Positions 37,445 to 48,770 of a stretch of DNA of 64,000 bases are shown here, piece by piece. Source of the stretch: Lama glama (Eukaryota); NCBI GenBank assembly GCA_028534125.1, contig CM052817.1, positions 35,156,001-35,220,000 on the forward strand. Direction: 5' to 3'. Within the stretch, counting starts at the first letter, position 1, and each line of letters begins with the position of its first letter. The notes under the pieces are model-generated. The model searched no databases. It had not been told where the DNA came from and worked only from the letters and a program-made list of their open reading frames with translations. The position numbers and the translations under genes are program-made.

Positions 37445-38366
37445 TTCACACCCATTAGGAAGGCTATAATAGAAAAAAACAGACAATACTAAGTGTTGGT
37501 GAGGATGTGGAGAATTTGGAGCCCTCATATGTTGCTGATAATGTGAAATGGTGCAGCCACCTTTGAAAACAGTTTGCCTGTTCCTCAAAATGTTAAATAT
37601 AGAGTTACCATATGACCCAGCAACTCCACTCCTTAAGTATATACCCAAGAGAAATGAAAACATACATTCACACAAAAATTTGTGCACAAATGCTCACAGC
37701 AACGTTATTCATAATATCCAGAAAGTTGGAACCATCCAAGTGTCTATCAAAAGATGAATAGATAAATACAGTGTGATGTATATCCATACAATGGAATATT
37801 TGGGGGGAATTTAAAAAATGTAGTACTGATATGCATGGTATGACATGGATAAACTTTAAAAACATTACGTTTTTTAAAATATATTTTTCTTGAAGTATAG
37901 TCAGTTTACACTGTTGTGTCAATGTCTGATGTATAGCACCATAGTTCAGTCATAGGAACATTCGTATATTTGTTATCATATTCTCTTTCACTATAGGTTA
38001 CTACAGGATATTGAATATAGTTCCCTGTGCTATACAGTATAAACGTACTTATCTAAAAACATTATGTTAAGTGAAGGAAGCCAGTTAAAACGTACCACCA
38101 TTATATGATTCCATTTATATACAATGTTCCAAATAGGCAAATCCACAGAGATGGAAGGATTAGTGCACAGGTGCACAGAAGGGTAGGGGGTGACGGCTAA
38201 TGGATATAGGATTTCTTTGGGGAATTATAAAAATCTTCTAAACTTAGGTGGTAGAGATTGTTGCCCAGTTTTGTGAATATACAAAAAAAATCATTGAAAT
38301 ATACTCTTTAAAAGGAAGAATTTTATGGTATGTGAATTACATCTCAATAAAGATGTTTTAAAAAAA
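37445..38366 (+). mobile_element. L1MB-type ORF2 C-terminus and 3'UTR
   Basis: gtgttggtgaggatgtggagaa...ccatatgacccagcaactccactcc...tgtgaattacatctcaataaa. Confidence 0.92.
37872..38053 (-). mobile_element. Younger camelid/artiodactyl L1 3' end nested in the L1MB
   Basis: tgaagtatagtcagtttaca...atatagttccctgtgctatacag. TSD taaaaacatta(c/t)gtt at 37857-71 and 38054-68. Confidence 0.9.
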
Positions 38367-39557
38367 GGATGAATGTAGCACTGATGAGGTCATACCTAGC
38401 TGAGGTGGTAAGTTCATGTTGGCAGGGGAGAGAAGGGGCTTATTTGCCTCCTCTGAAACCCTAAAACAGGTGGTAGAAATTTGGGACAGAACAGAAAGGG
38501 ATAATTTTGAAGTAGGGCATAATTGCAGAGTATAGCAGGCTAGCTTGGACAGGTAAGCTCCCGTTTGCTGAAGGGTTTTTTACCCTGCATTGGGGTACAT
38601 GGTCATCTTGACAGGAGAGAGGACAGATGTGGGGACAGATTCAGGGCATGTTTGGGACTACCTACCTAAAATGTTTGCCTCTCATTGACTCCATGACCCC
38701 TGCCTCCCTTGTCCAAAAACTAATGGAAATTCTGCTCCTCTTATATGATACCCTTACTCAGTAATCTCTCTCCTTGACCCCTCTCCCAACAACACATTAA
38801 AGATTTAAGGTAATTTTTAGTCCTGATCCAGTACCTTCACTTTACAAGTGCTACTAGTGTTAGAGAGAAGACCAGAATTCAAGCCAGCTGATTTTGCACA
38901 TGATCATCCTTTTGTCTGGAACAGCCCCACCCCCTACCTCCACCTCCTTCACCGTGCTCATTCCTCTACATCCTTCAGTTTTCTGCACAAACTCACCTTC
39001 CTCAGGGGAACAAACTTTGTCCCCTAAGCCTAGGTCAGGACTCTCTGCCATTGTTCTCACAACTTCCTTTACTTTTCCATATGAGTACGCCTGCATGGCT
39101 TGTCTTTCATTGTATTTCCAGCCTCTAGCACCGTGTCTGGCGCATAGCAGGCATTATAATGATTGATTCAATGAATGACTACATGAATTCTGCCCTTCTT
39201 ATCATACTGACTCTTCCTACTGTACCAGTCAACGTTTGTCTAATTCATCCTTCAGTTTCCCCCCGTGGTAAAGAGTATCTCTCCCTCTGACCTGCTGGAA
39301 AAGGAAAATCACATGGTTGGTGTAGTGAGACAGCATGTCACCAATGAAACGACAGTGAAGCTCGGCTCCCTGATTACCGAGTGTGCCTTAGGTCCCCTGG
39401 CCTTGCTGCTTTTCAGAGGATGAAATCAGAAAAGACTTCTATTACTTGATCATTTATACTGCAGCCATAGAAACCTAGGATGTGCTGAAATTGTAAAGGG
39501 AGTAGAGAAGAGGTTCTAAAAGCATTAAATGCATGAAAATTAGAACTAAGCAGGAGA

Positions 39558-39727
39558 TAAACAACAAGATCCTACTTTACAGCACAGGAAACTATACTCC
39601 ATACTTTGTAATAGCTTATAATGAAAAAGACTATGAAAAGGAGTGTATAAGGAAAAGGAATCACTCTGCTGTACAGCGGAAATTAACACAACATTGTAAA
39701 TTGGCTATACTTCAAAAAAAAAAAAGA
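39558..39727 (+). mobile_element. Short L1 3' end with poly(A)
   Basis: acagcacaggaaactatac...aacacaacattgtaaattggctatacttca then an A-run. TSD aactaagca(g/a)gaga at 39544-57 and 39728-41. Confidence 0.88.
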
Positions 39728-40689
39728 AACTAAGCAAGAGAATTAATGGAGCTGGGCTGAGTAAGTCTGGGGGAAGAAGGCTGATGAATCAGTTACGGTC
39801 ATTATTGGAGACAGAAGATGTGGGAGAGGAACAGATCAGAGGCCAGGAGTCCTCTTGTGAATCCAGGTGCTTTCACTCAAGAGCTGTGTGACCTTAACCA
39901 AGCCACCCTCTTTATCTGTCCATGGATATGGTATCTTCCAGGATTATTACGAGGACAAAAAAAATGCACATAACATTACGCTATCTGCTACAAAAAAGCA
40001 CTTTACAAACCCAGGGTAATATTATTACTGAGACGAAGAGGAGAGAGATGACTGAGATACCTAGTTTTCTATTTCCAGAGCATAGACCAAAACTAAATTG
40101 ATTCCAAATTCCCCTTGAATTTTTTATGACGTATCCTGTTTCTGTCGTAATTATTAGGTAATTTGGTACTCTGTAGCCCATTGAGGACCGTATATTTTCA
40201 TAGACAACCAGAGTGTGGGATGAACCTCCAAGATGCCACACAAAATATAGTCTGACTTCAGTCTCTTCCAGCAACTCTAGTTTGTTTGATGAGGATAGTT
40301 AATTGCTCTTTAGCATTTCATTTGAATGAGACTCACAGATCTGTTTAGGAGGAAAACTGCTGATCAATTACAAGTGCCCCTGTTGTCATGGAAACGAGCT
40401 GCAATTGGACTATAATTATATTTCCTTATTCGTGAAGTGAATCCCTAATCATTGCCATGGTAATTACCCAATATCTATGGTCCCAAATTACATGATGCTT
40501 GTCCAGAAAAGACAAAGGAGAAGGAGTAGGAGGGCTGGCCTGAGACTTGTGTTAACTGTGCAGCTGCAGAGAACCTTCTCCTTTTTGTTGGGTGAGGGGA
40601 AACTTCCTCTTTGTAGGCTTCTACTCCAAGGTTAGATGATGTCAGTGGGTCTTAGATGTGCCCAGAGTTTAGAGTAGTGGCTAGAAGGC

Positions 40690-41060
40690 TGTATCAGGTA
40701 GGATGATTTCGGCTGTAACAGAAAACCAACTAATCTAATCTTCAACAGTAATGAAATATATTATCTGATTCCTGATAGTCTGGAAGACTTTCCAAGTTCC
40801 AAAGTCCATTAATGAAGCAACCCAGCAGCAGCATCAAGATCCAGTCTGATTCCTTTTTCTCTCTGGCATTTTCAGGGAGTAAGCTCTTGTCCTCAGGCTT
40901 CTTTTCTCATAGCCCCAAGATGGCTGCCACAGTTCCAGATGTCGCATGCAGATGACAAAGGCCAGGGACAGAAGGGGGATGATCCTTGTCTTGTGTCATG
41001 TTTTATGAATGGGGAGAATTCCCATTCCCAGAAACACTTCCCCCAGCAAACTCTTCCTCC
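40690..41060 (-). mobile_element. MaLR LTR (MLT1J-like)
   Basis: tgtatcaggtagg...ggctgtaacagaaaacc...caagatggctgccacagttccagatgtc. Confidence 0.65.
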
Positions 41061-41696
41061 CTTTTCATTGTTCCTTTCACACAAGACCCCACTGCAAACA
41101 GTAGTTCCAGACAACAGAACTGAAAATGGAGATGGCTCTATTTGACTCTTCCCCGCTCTCCTGAGCACTGAGTGCACAGTGGGAGAGGGGTGGAATAGCA
41201 AGACTACAGGGCTAACTTAGTTTGCTTTGCTTTCCTGCTCACCTTCTCTCTCTGCTGTCACCTCCTAGTGCCTAAGCACCAGGCCGCAGGCCCATCGTGC
41301 ACCCTCTATCCAATCTTCTGCAGAAAACCATGGGCACAGGGCACTGGACTTGGGCTTGGGCATCCTAGTAGCATGGGGCATGGCACCCTTTGCTCTCAGG
41401 CAGCAGCACGTGCCACTAAGAAAGAAAGGCAGCCTCTTGGAGGAGAAGTAGAATCAACACCAGAGAGTCTTCAAATGAGCTGTCCATCCAGATGGGCTCA
41501 GTGGGAAAGGAGAATTAAAAGGAAATCCAAAAGCATAGTGCAGTGGCTGTTTTGGTAATTTAGGGGCTAGCATCTAGTTCCTCTTCTCAGCAGCACCCAC
41601 ATTTCCTTCCAGGGAATCAACTTTACCTCCCTCTGTGCACTTCTGACAAGACCTAGTGTCTGCTTCCTATCACAGAAGCCAAAAGGACCAGATCTT

Positions 41697-41968
41697 GTTC
41701 TTTTAATTGAAGTATAGTCAGTTACAATGTGTCGATTTCTGGTTTACGGCATAATGTTTCAGTCATGCATATACATACAGATACTCATTTTCGTATTCTT
41801 TTTCATTATAGGTTATTACAGAATACTGAATATAGTTCCCTGTGCTATACAGAAGAAATTTGGTTTCCTATCTATTTTATATTCAGTAGTTAATATTTGT
41901 GAATCTCCAACTCCTGGTTTATCCCGTCCCACTCCCTTTCCCCTGGTAACCATAAGTTTGTGTACTAT
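41697..41968 (-). mobile_element. Camelid-type L1 3' end
   Basis: ttgaagtatagtcagttacaatgtgtc...agttccctgtgctatacagaagaaattt. TSD aaagg(a/g)ccagatctt on both sides. Confidence 0.9.
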
Positions 41969-42233
41969 GCTAAAGGGCCAGATCTTCCACTTGCCCTCCC
42001 ACTGCAGCCTGGCATGAGCATGTGGCCCAGCCGGGCCCATCAGTCTTTGTCTCCTAGGGCTTTGACTTGGCAGGTGGATCCAGGAAGTAAGGACACATGA
42101 CAGGAGCAGCCTGTAACTGGCCTTTTCCCACAGCGTGACAGCTGCTGTGGTTCCTGATGCCTAGAGCACCAGAGCTCTCTACGCCTGTCTTTCTGCGAGC
42201 CTTGGCACTAGCTTTTGTTGCTCTTCGAACCCT

Positions 42234-42887
42234 TGTTGTTGAACCCAAGTTCGTGTGCCCAGTGCACAGTGAGGCCAAACATACCCAAATGTCTTGAATT
42301 TGGGGCAGGGAAAGGTTTATTGCAGGGCAGGGCCAAGCAAAGAGAACGGTGTGGCTCATGCTCTGAAGACCCAAACTCCCCGATGGATTTCAGAGAAGTA
42401 TTTTTAAAGGCAAGGTGAGGGAGGAGAGTCGCAGGGTGTGTGATCAGCTCATGCACAATTCTCTGATTGGTTGATGGTGAGGTAACGGAGCAGTGTCACA
42501 GGGGTTAACAGTATCTATCTTCAGGCTCCAGTAGGTCTGGGGGCTGCATGCTCATGGTCATCAAGTAGTTAACGTCTTCCATTTGTTGGGGGTTTAGCAT
42601 CTGTAAAACAACTCAGGAAATGTGCATTAGATACTGTTATCTGGGTAATTCAGGGAGGAACTAAATATTCTGTGACTGCATATGGCTGATTGACTGTTTA
42701 AATTCTTACCAGTTCTCCTGGCCCAACTATTTTTGCCACTACATATTCACCCCCTTTCAATAATTCTTGAGCCAGGCTTTTGTGACTCAGGGGAGACCTG
42801 GGAGACTCCAGCTTTTCTGGAGGCAGGCAGAGGACATGGGGGGAAGGGTCCGTGCCAGGAAGGCCGCGGATGGTCCTGCTTGGTTAC
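42234..42887 (-). mobile_element. Artiodactyl ERV1-class solo LTR
   Basis: tgttgttgaacccaagttcgtgtgccc...gtcctgcttggttac, flanked by CCCT at 42230-33 and 42888-91 (4-bp TSD). Minus-strand CCAAT, TTTAAAAA and AATAAA occur in LTR order. Confidence 0.8.
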
Positions 42888-43804
42888 CCCTTCACTGTTC
42901 TCCTAGTAGATTTTCTTTTGGTTGAGTGAGACAAAGTTAGTGCCTGTTGCTTGCAGCTAAGAACTATAATTGACATGGAGTGAAACCTGGAAAACTTGAT
43001 GAGAGAGAAGGTGTGAAATCGCAGGTGGGAAACAAAACCTGGCGCAGTTCCCTGTTTGGAGTTGAAAAGGAGGCCTAGACGTGACTGTAAAGGTGCTGAA
43101 CATCCTGACTTGCTCACCCTTTGGCTTCTTAGAACTTTCCACCATGGCCTCCTACATAGGCCTGCCCTCCCTGAGAAATACCCACCATCTGAAAATACTC
43201 CCCTCCTCCCATCAGTGTGTTTGCATCTGCAGTGTGCTTTCCTCTCCCTCAGTAACTTGTTTATGGGAAACTCATCTGATAAACGAACTACCCTACAGCA
43301 TTAATCCTTTACTCATCCACTGAGAAAATTCACTCACAAACTTTATTTTGTAAAGCCCTGTGGGAGAAACAAAGATCCTAGATGTGACCCCTGCCCTCAT
43401 GCAGTTCCCAGTACTGTGTTGGAGGCAAGGTGAGACCATTATCATTACCGGAATCATGTCTGTGTAGCACTTCATATTATGCAAAGGACTTCTACGTTCC
43501 CTCTCATTTAAGGCATGATTATAATAACCATAACATAAACATGTAAGTAACGAGATACATGCATAGGGCTTTCGAACGGGAAAAAAGACCCACTTCTTCC
43601 AAGGAAGCAGGAAAGGCTGTGTAGGGGTGAGAAGATGTGAGCTGGACCTTGAAGGATGGATAGGAGCTGAACTGAGAAATTGGCCTTGGGCAGTCAGTCC
43701 ATAGAGAGGAAGAGCCTGTGCAGCGAAGAGCCCAGAGAGGAGATGTGGGGAACTGAGTGGTTGGGTTGACCTTGCAGGGTGTTTGAAGTAGGGTAACATT
43801 TGAT

Positions 43805-44025
43805 GATAACAGCTAACACTTATGTAAGCACTTACATCATTTTAAGTTTTTTGCATATGGTAACTCATCTAATCCTATCAGAAGCTCCATGAGGTAGGTC
43901 CTGTCCTCATCCTCATCTACAGATAAGGAAACTGAGGCACATGGAGGTTTAGTGACGCCCGAGGCCACACAGCTGGTAAGTAGTGGAAGCAAGTTTCAGA
44001 GGCAGGGGCACTGGCTTGAGTCGGA
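43805..44025 (-). mobile_element. MIR SINE
   Basis: ctacagataaggaaactgaggcac...cacacagctggtaagtagtgg. Confidence 0.8.
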
Positions 44026-45945
44026 GCACTAAATCCCTCCACTACATGACTCCATTTCATGGAACCAGGGTGGTTTAGGGTCTTTAAATGCCAACATGAA
44101 GAGCCTCAAATGCCAAGCCATCACTGTAGCTTCATCTGGGAGGATTTTGGCAAAAAGGAACCACTGGAGGTTTCTGAGCTGGCAGATTAACTGCTTGAAG
44201 ATTATGGTAGGATTTGCGAGGAAGTGGAGTTGAAGAGGACTCTGGTTGGAGACCATTTGCAGATGTCAATGATAATACCGAAATAAGCAGAGGATCCGCC
44301 GAGGGCAGTTGAAGGGCCAGTGAGTGTCTTACTGTCACTGTCCCGTGGCTGCAGTTCTGTCTTGATCCGGTCTTTCTCTTCACCTCCCTGGGGCCTCACC
44401 TTCTTTGTCCGAAAGGATTCTAGTTGTGGCCTCCGTGATCAGAGTCAGCAGTGACTGCTGGCTGTGTGAGGACTGCCATCTGTCGGAGCTGACACTGCCC
44501 TGGGTTAGTGCCTAGCTCTTTTACTGCTGGCTTCCTTCCCAGACCCGCTCGAGGTGTGGTGAACAGCTCTCTGGGCCTCCAGGCGCCGTCGTGGAGGAGT
44601 GTGTCAGGAAGAACCGAGTGCAGGCTTAAAATGGGTCCAGGAGCTCAGGATTCCAGGTCCAGGCTTTGCACAGATTTGATTTCTGTGTTAATTTTGAAGG
44701 ACATCTGCATGTGAAAGGACGGTTGCTGTTACTCATTAAAGACTTTTGCACTCTTCCTTTCCTCTAACCTGGATCTGACCTCACTTTCAAAATATTATAG
44801 CACACAGCGTGTGAGGAATGAGAGGAGCAAAGAAATACGAAAGATTGGGGTTTTGTGGGAAACACCTGATGAGTTTGATGTTGTCCGTGTTGAGTTTGCA
44901 GAGACAGTGGGATAGCCAGGTAGCAGGGTCCATTGTGTAGCCGGAGACCCGTGGGTAGAAAAGAGGGTCATAGTGGAATTAGATAGACAGCTATTAAAAG
45001 TGATTGTTACAGCCCAGAAGGTACGTAGACTCAGGCTCTCCTACCCTCTCTGCCTTTAGAAGGATAACCGGAGGAGTCAGTGAAGAGTTGAGAGGACGAA
45101 AAGCTGGTTTCCATGGGCTGACTCGATGCCTCTGATTAGATGTTTGGAATCTGAACCTCTCTGCCAGTAACTATATTACCAATGACAACAACAACAACAA
45201 CAAAGCCAGGACAGAAATATGGAAATGAGACTTACGACATGTCAGCTGTGCCTCTGTCTGTCCATAAGACCCCAGTCACTTCTGCTCTTTGGACGTCCAA
45301 GTCCAAATGGACCATTTTTCTGACATCTATAGGTCATGGCTCTGTGGGTCTTCTCTAAGCTCAGAGCCCAGTGTTCTCCTAAATTTCCCAAATGGGCCTC
45401 TCTTCCATTCCTTCCAGAGTTTGCTTTTTCCTACATGTGCTTTGCTTTTAACTTCAGATCTTGTTTAAATTAAAATGACTGCAAGTGACTGTATTGACAA
45501 TCCTTCAGTTAAAAACTGGGGGATTTTAGAGGTCTTCTATTCATCTCACAGCCAAGCATCACAAGAGAAAGTTCCCCCACAGCAAGTCCTGTGTCTTCCG
45601 TGAGCAGATATTCCAGGGGGAGCGTTGGATCACTGAGGCTCAGTGGCCCCTCCCCTCTTGGCTCATTCCTAATGAACAGAAGGTGGGCGGGGATTGGCCT
45701 GTTTCACAGCCAGTTGTAAAAGGTCTTTAAATGTCAAGAATAAAAAAGTCCAGATGAACTCTGCTAAGGTGCAGTTTGTGGTAAATTGCCCCTTCACCTC
45801 CAAATCCTGTAATTCGTAGTTCCCAGCTGGTTAAGGACAATGGTCCCACCAAGCTCTTTGTTCCTTAGAACGTAGTTTCAAGCTGAGATCTCCACTGGTG
45901 GGCTATTCAGTTTCCATTCCAGCCCTGACTTAAAATCTGGAACGT

Positions 45946-46721
45946 TGGGTGCCGGTCAAGGGATCAAAAAGGCTCAGGGCGGCTGCCAAGAGGAGGAGAA
46001 GGCAGCCGAGCTGTAGGCAATCTCAGAGCAATGCTGGGCAATGTTCTTGCCCCCTCTTTGTCTCAGCTTCCTCTTCAGAGAAAAGGATATCAGCTATATG
46101 GCAGAGTTGTTTGGAGCCGAAGTTGGTAACCATGATCACCGAAGATTTAAAGTTACGCAAATTGCCAAGCATGTAATGTTAACTTGCATTACGGAAACAA
46201 TTATTTCAAAGAGTGTTCATTCGTGAAACTAATAAACAATGACCATTCTCCTCCACTGTTTCTTCTCAGAGCTTTAAAGTGGGACGAAGCCCAATATAAG
46301 AAGAAAAAGGTACAAATATTTTTCATCACTTTGAAAAGTAATCCTCTTAAGAGCAACGGCCATATCAATAAGTAGTCTCTGACGTGGTAGAAACTCAATA
46401 AACATCAAGAAGTTATTTAGTTACTTTCACTTCTGGCTGTGATGAAGCAAACCACGGCTCCCACCAAGAACAACTAGAAATACATATAGAATGGTAAAGC
46501 AAAGACATTTGTCTGAAGGTGTCAGGTTGCAGCTAAGGCACCAGACTGAAGCAGTGAAACCTTGGAGAAAAGGGAAGCCCCATGGAGTTGAGCCCAGCTT
46601 CCTGCATGTTGCTTCTCTCCTGTGGGCTTTAGTTTTCTCCTGGGTGCAGGTCAAGGGATCAAAAAGGTGCAGGGTGGCTGCCAAGAGGAGGAAAAGGCAG
46701 CAGAGCTGTAGGCAATCTCAG
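45946..46721 (+). repeat. 81-bp direct repeat pair (45946-46026 and 46641-46721)
   Basis: Manual alignment gives 75/81 identity with no gaps. Confidence 0.95.
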
Positions 46722-48770
46722 GGGGCTGGGAACACAAAGATTAGAGTCCGAGACAGCCAGGACTTGAGGGACTAAATTCCCCAGGAGAAGAAAAGCTCAG
46801 AAGAATGAACCTAAATCTGGGCAGCAGTTTTCCTTTTGAGGCACCTGTTGATAAAGCTGCACTAGGATAGCGGCTGAAAAATCAAGGCAGAGTTTTTGGC
46901 AGCCTGTGGTGATGGAGGGACAGAAATTGGAGAATGAGACCCACCAAGGAGGAGGGGCTTAGGAAGTAACCTGGTTCTTAGCTGACACTCCAGGAGGCCT
47001 GTCCCCTAGAAGTGGGACAAAGCAGAGGTAGTCTGAACCTTACAAAGATTGCTGACCAGCCATGATTAGCTTGGTCCCTCATGGGATTGAGGTGAACTGC
47101 TCCTTTGCTGCCTGTGAGAGGAGCCAGCAGATCCTCTCTAGAAGGAGAAAGCCCACCCTCTACAATTTTTCAGGCATTATGTGTAGAATTCAATTAAAAA
47201 AAAATTACCAGGCAGTTAAGAAACAGACTATGGAGAAAACATGGTAATAGACCCTATGAGGACTAAGATATTGCAGTTTCAGACAGAGCCTTTTAAATAA
47301 TTGTGATTCATATATTCAACAAAATAGTTGACAAGATGGAGAATTTCACTAGAGAATTGGAATCTATTGAAAAAAATTAGATGGAGTGGGAGAGGGTGTA
47401 GCTCAATGGTAGAGCACGTGCTTAGCATGCACAAGGTCCTGGGTTCAATCCCCAGTGCCTCCATTTAAAAAAATAAATAAATAAATGAACCTAATTACAC
47501 CCCCCCCCAAAAAAAGTAGAAATGAAAAGAATCTAAAGGAAATTCTAAATCTGAAAAATGCTACTGATAGTAGGAACTCAGTAGGTAGTTTTAACAGCAA
47601 ACTGGACACCACTAAAGAGATTAATGAGCTGAAAGGTAGGTCAGTAGGAAAATCTAGACTGAATCATATTGGTGAAAAGAATGACAGATACAGAAAAGAG
47701 CATGAAAGACATGTGGCTCATGTGGAAAAGTTCAAACTCTGGAGACTCAGGTGGGGAGTAGAGGAAAAATAGGGCAGAAGCAGTATTTGAAGAAAGAATG
47801 GCTGAGAATTTTTCCAAATTGATGAAAGATACCAAGCCACAAGTTTAAGGGACATTATGTACCACAAGCTAGATGAATTCACTCTAGCCACAACTCAGAA
47901 AACCATAGAAAAATCTTAAAATCAGCTATAAATAAGACACTGTGTGTCTTTTCAAAGAAGCAGTAATATAGTGCATTTGCAAAAACTCTATAGCTCACAT
48001 CATAACTTAAGGTAAAATCTTGAATGCTTTTCTGCTCAATTAGGAAACATGACAAAGTCTATCATCACCACTTCTATGTAAGTTTGTATGAAGATCCTAG
48101 ATAATGCAGTATGGCAGAAACAGAGAGAGGGAGGGAGGGAAAAGTAAGATTGAAAATGAAAAAATTAAACTGTCTTTTGCTGTAGACAACCTGATTGTAT
48201 ACACAGAAAATCCAAAAGACACAACAATCATATTATGATTAATTAATAAATTTAGCCTAGTTATAAGATCAATAATAAAAAACCAAGTGACATTTTAATA
48301 TTCTACCAATAAACAATTAAAAAATAAAAATTTTAACTTACATCATTTCTAGTAGATTCAGAAACATCAAATATGTGTAAGACTTCTACACAGAAAACTA
48401 CAGAACAATATTGAGAGAAAGTAAAGAGGATCTAAGTAAACCAAGGGATATCCAATGTTCATGGATTAAAAAATTGACTTGTAAAGATGTCAGTTATCCC
48501 AAAATTTATCTGTGGATCTAATGCCATCACAGAAGTAGTCCTAGGAGTATGTTAGAGAATGTGTGTGTGTAAGTTTATGTAGAAATGCAGAGACAAGAAT
48601 AGCCATCTGGGGAAAAAAAAAAAGCTGGGGAATATAAACTGCTATATATCAAGACTCATTAAAAGTCGATGGTAACTAAGACAGTGAGGGATTATTGCTG
48701 TGAAAACAGACAGACCCGTGGAACACAGGCCAGAAACGGATTCACATGTACACAGTCACTTAATTTATGG
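46425..48770 (+). mobile_element. Old L1M relic with 5' region, ORF1 and scattered ORF2 pieces
   Basis: ORF1-like gaagcagtatttgaagaaagaatggctgagaattttccaaattgatgaaagatacc. ORF2-like ctacacagaaaactacagaacaatattgagaga and atgttcatggat. Confidence 0.8.
47388..47515 (+). mobile_element. Vic-1-type SINE inserted in L1 ORF1
   Basis: gggtgtagctcaatggtagagcacgtgcttagcatgcacaaggtcctgggttcaatcccc...acctaattac. Confidence 0.92.

Larger units (their letters stand above)
41549..42978 (+). mobile_element. Old ERVL-type LTR (LTR16-like) split by two later insertions
   Basis: ctcccactgcagcctggcatgagcatgtggcccag and 3' end gcctgttgcttgcagctaagaactataattgaca. Confidence 0.55.
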
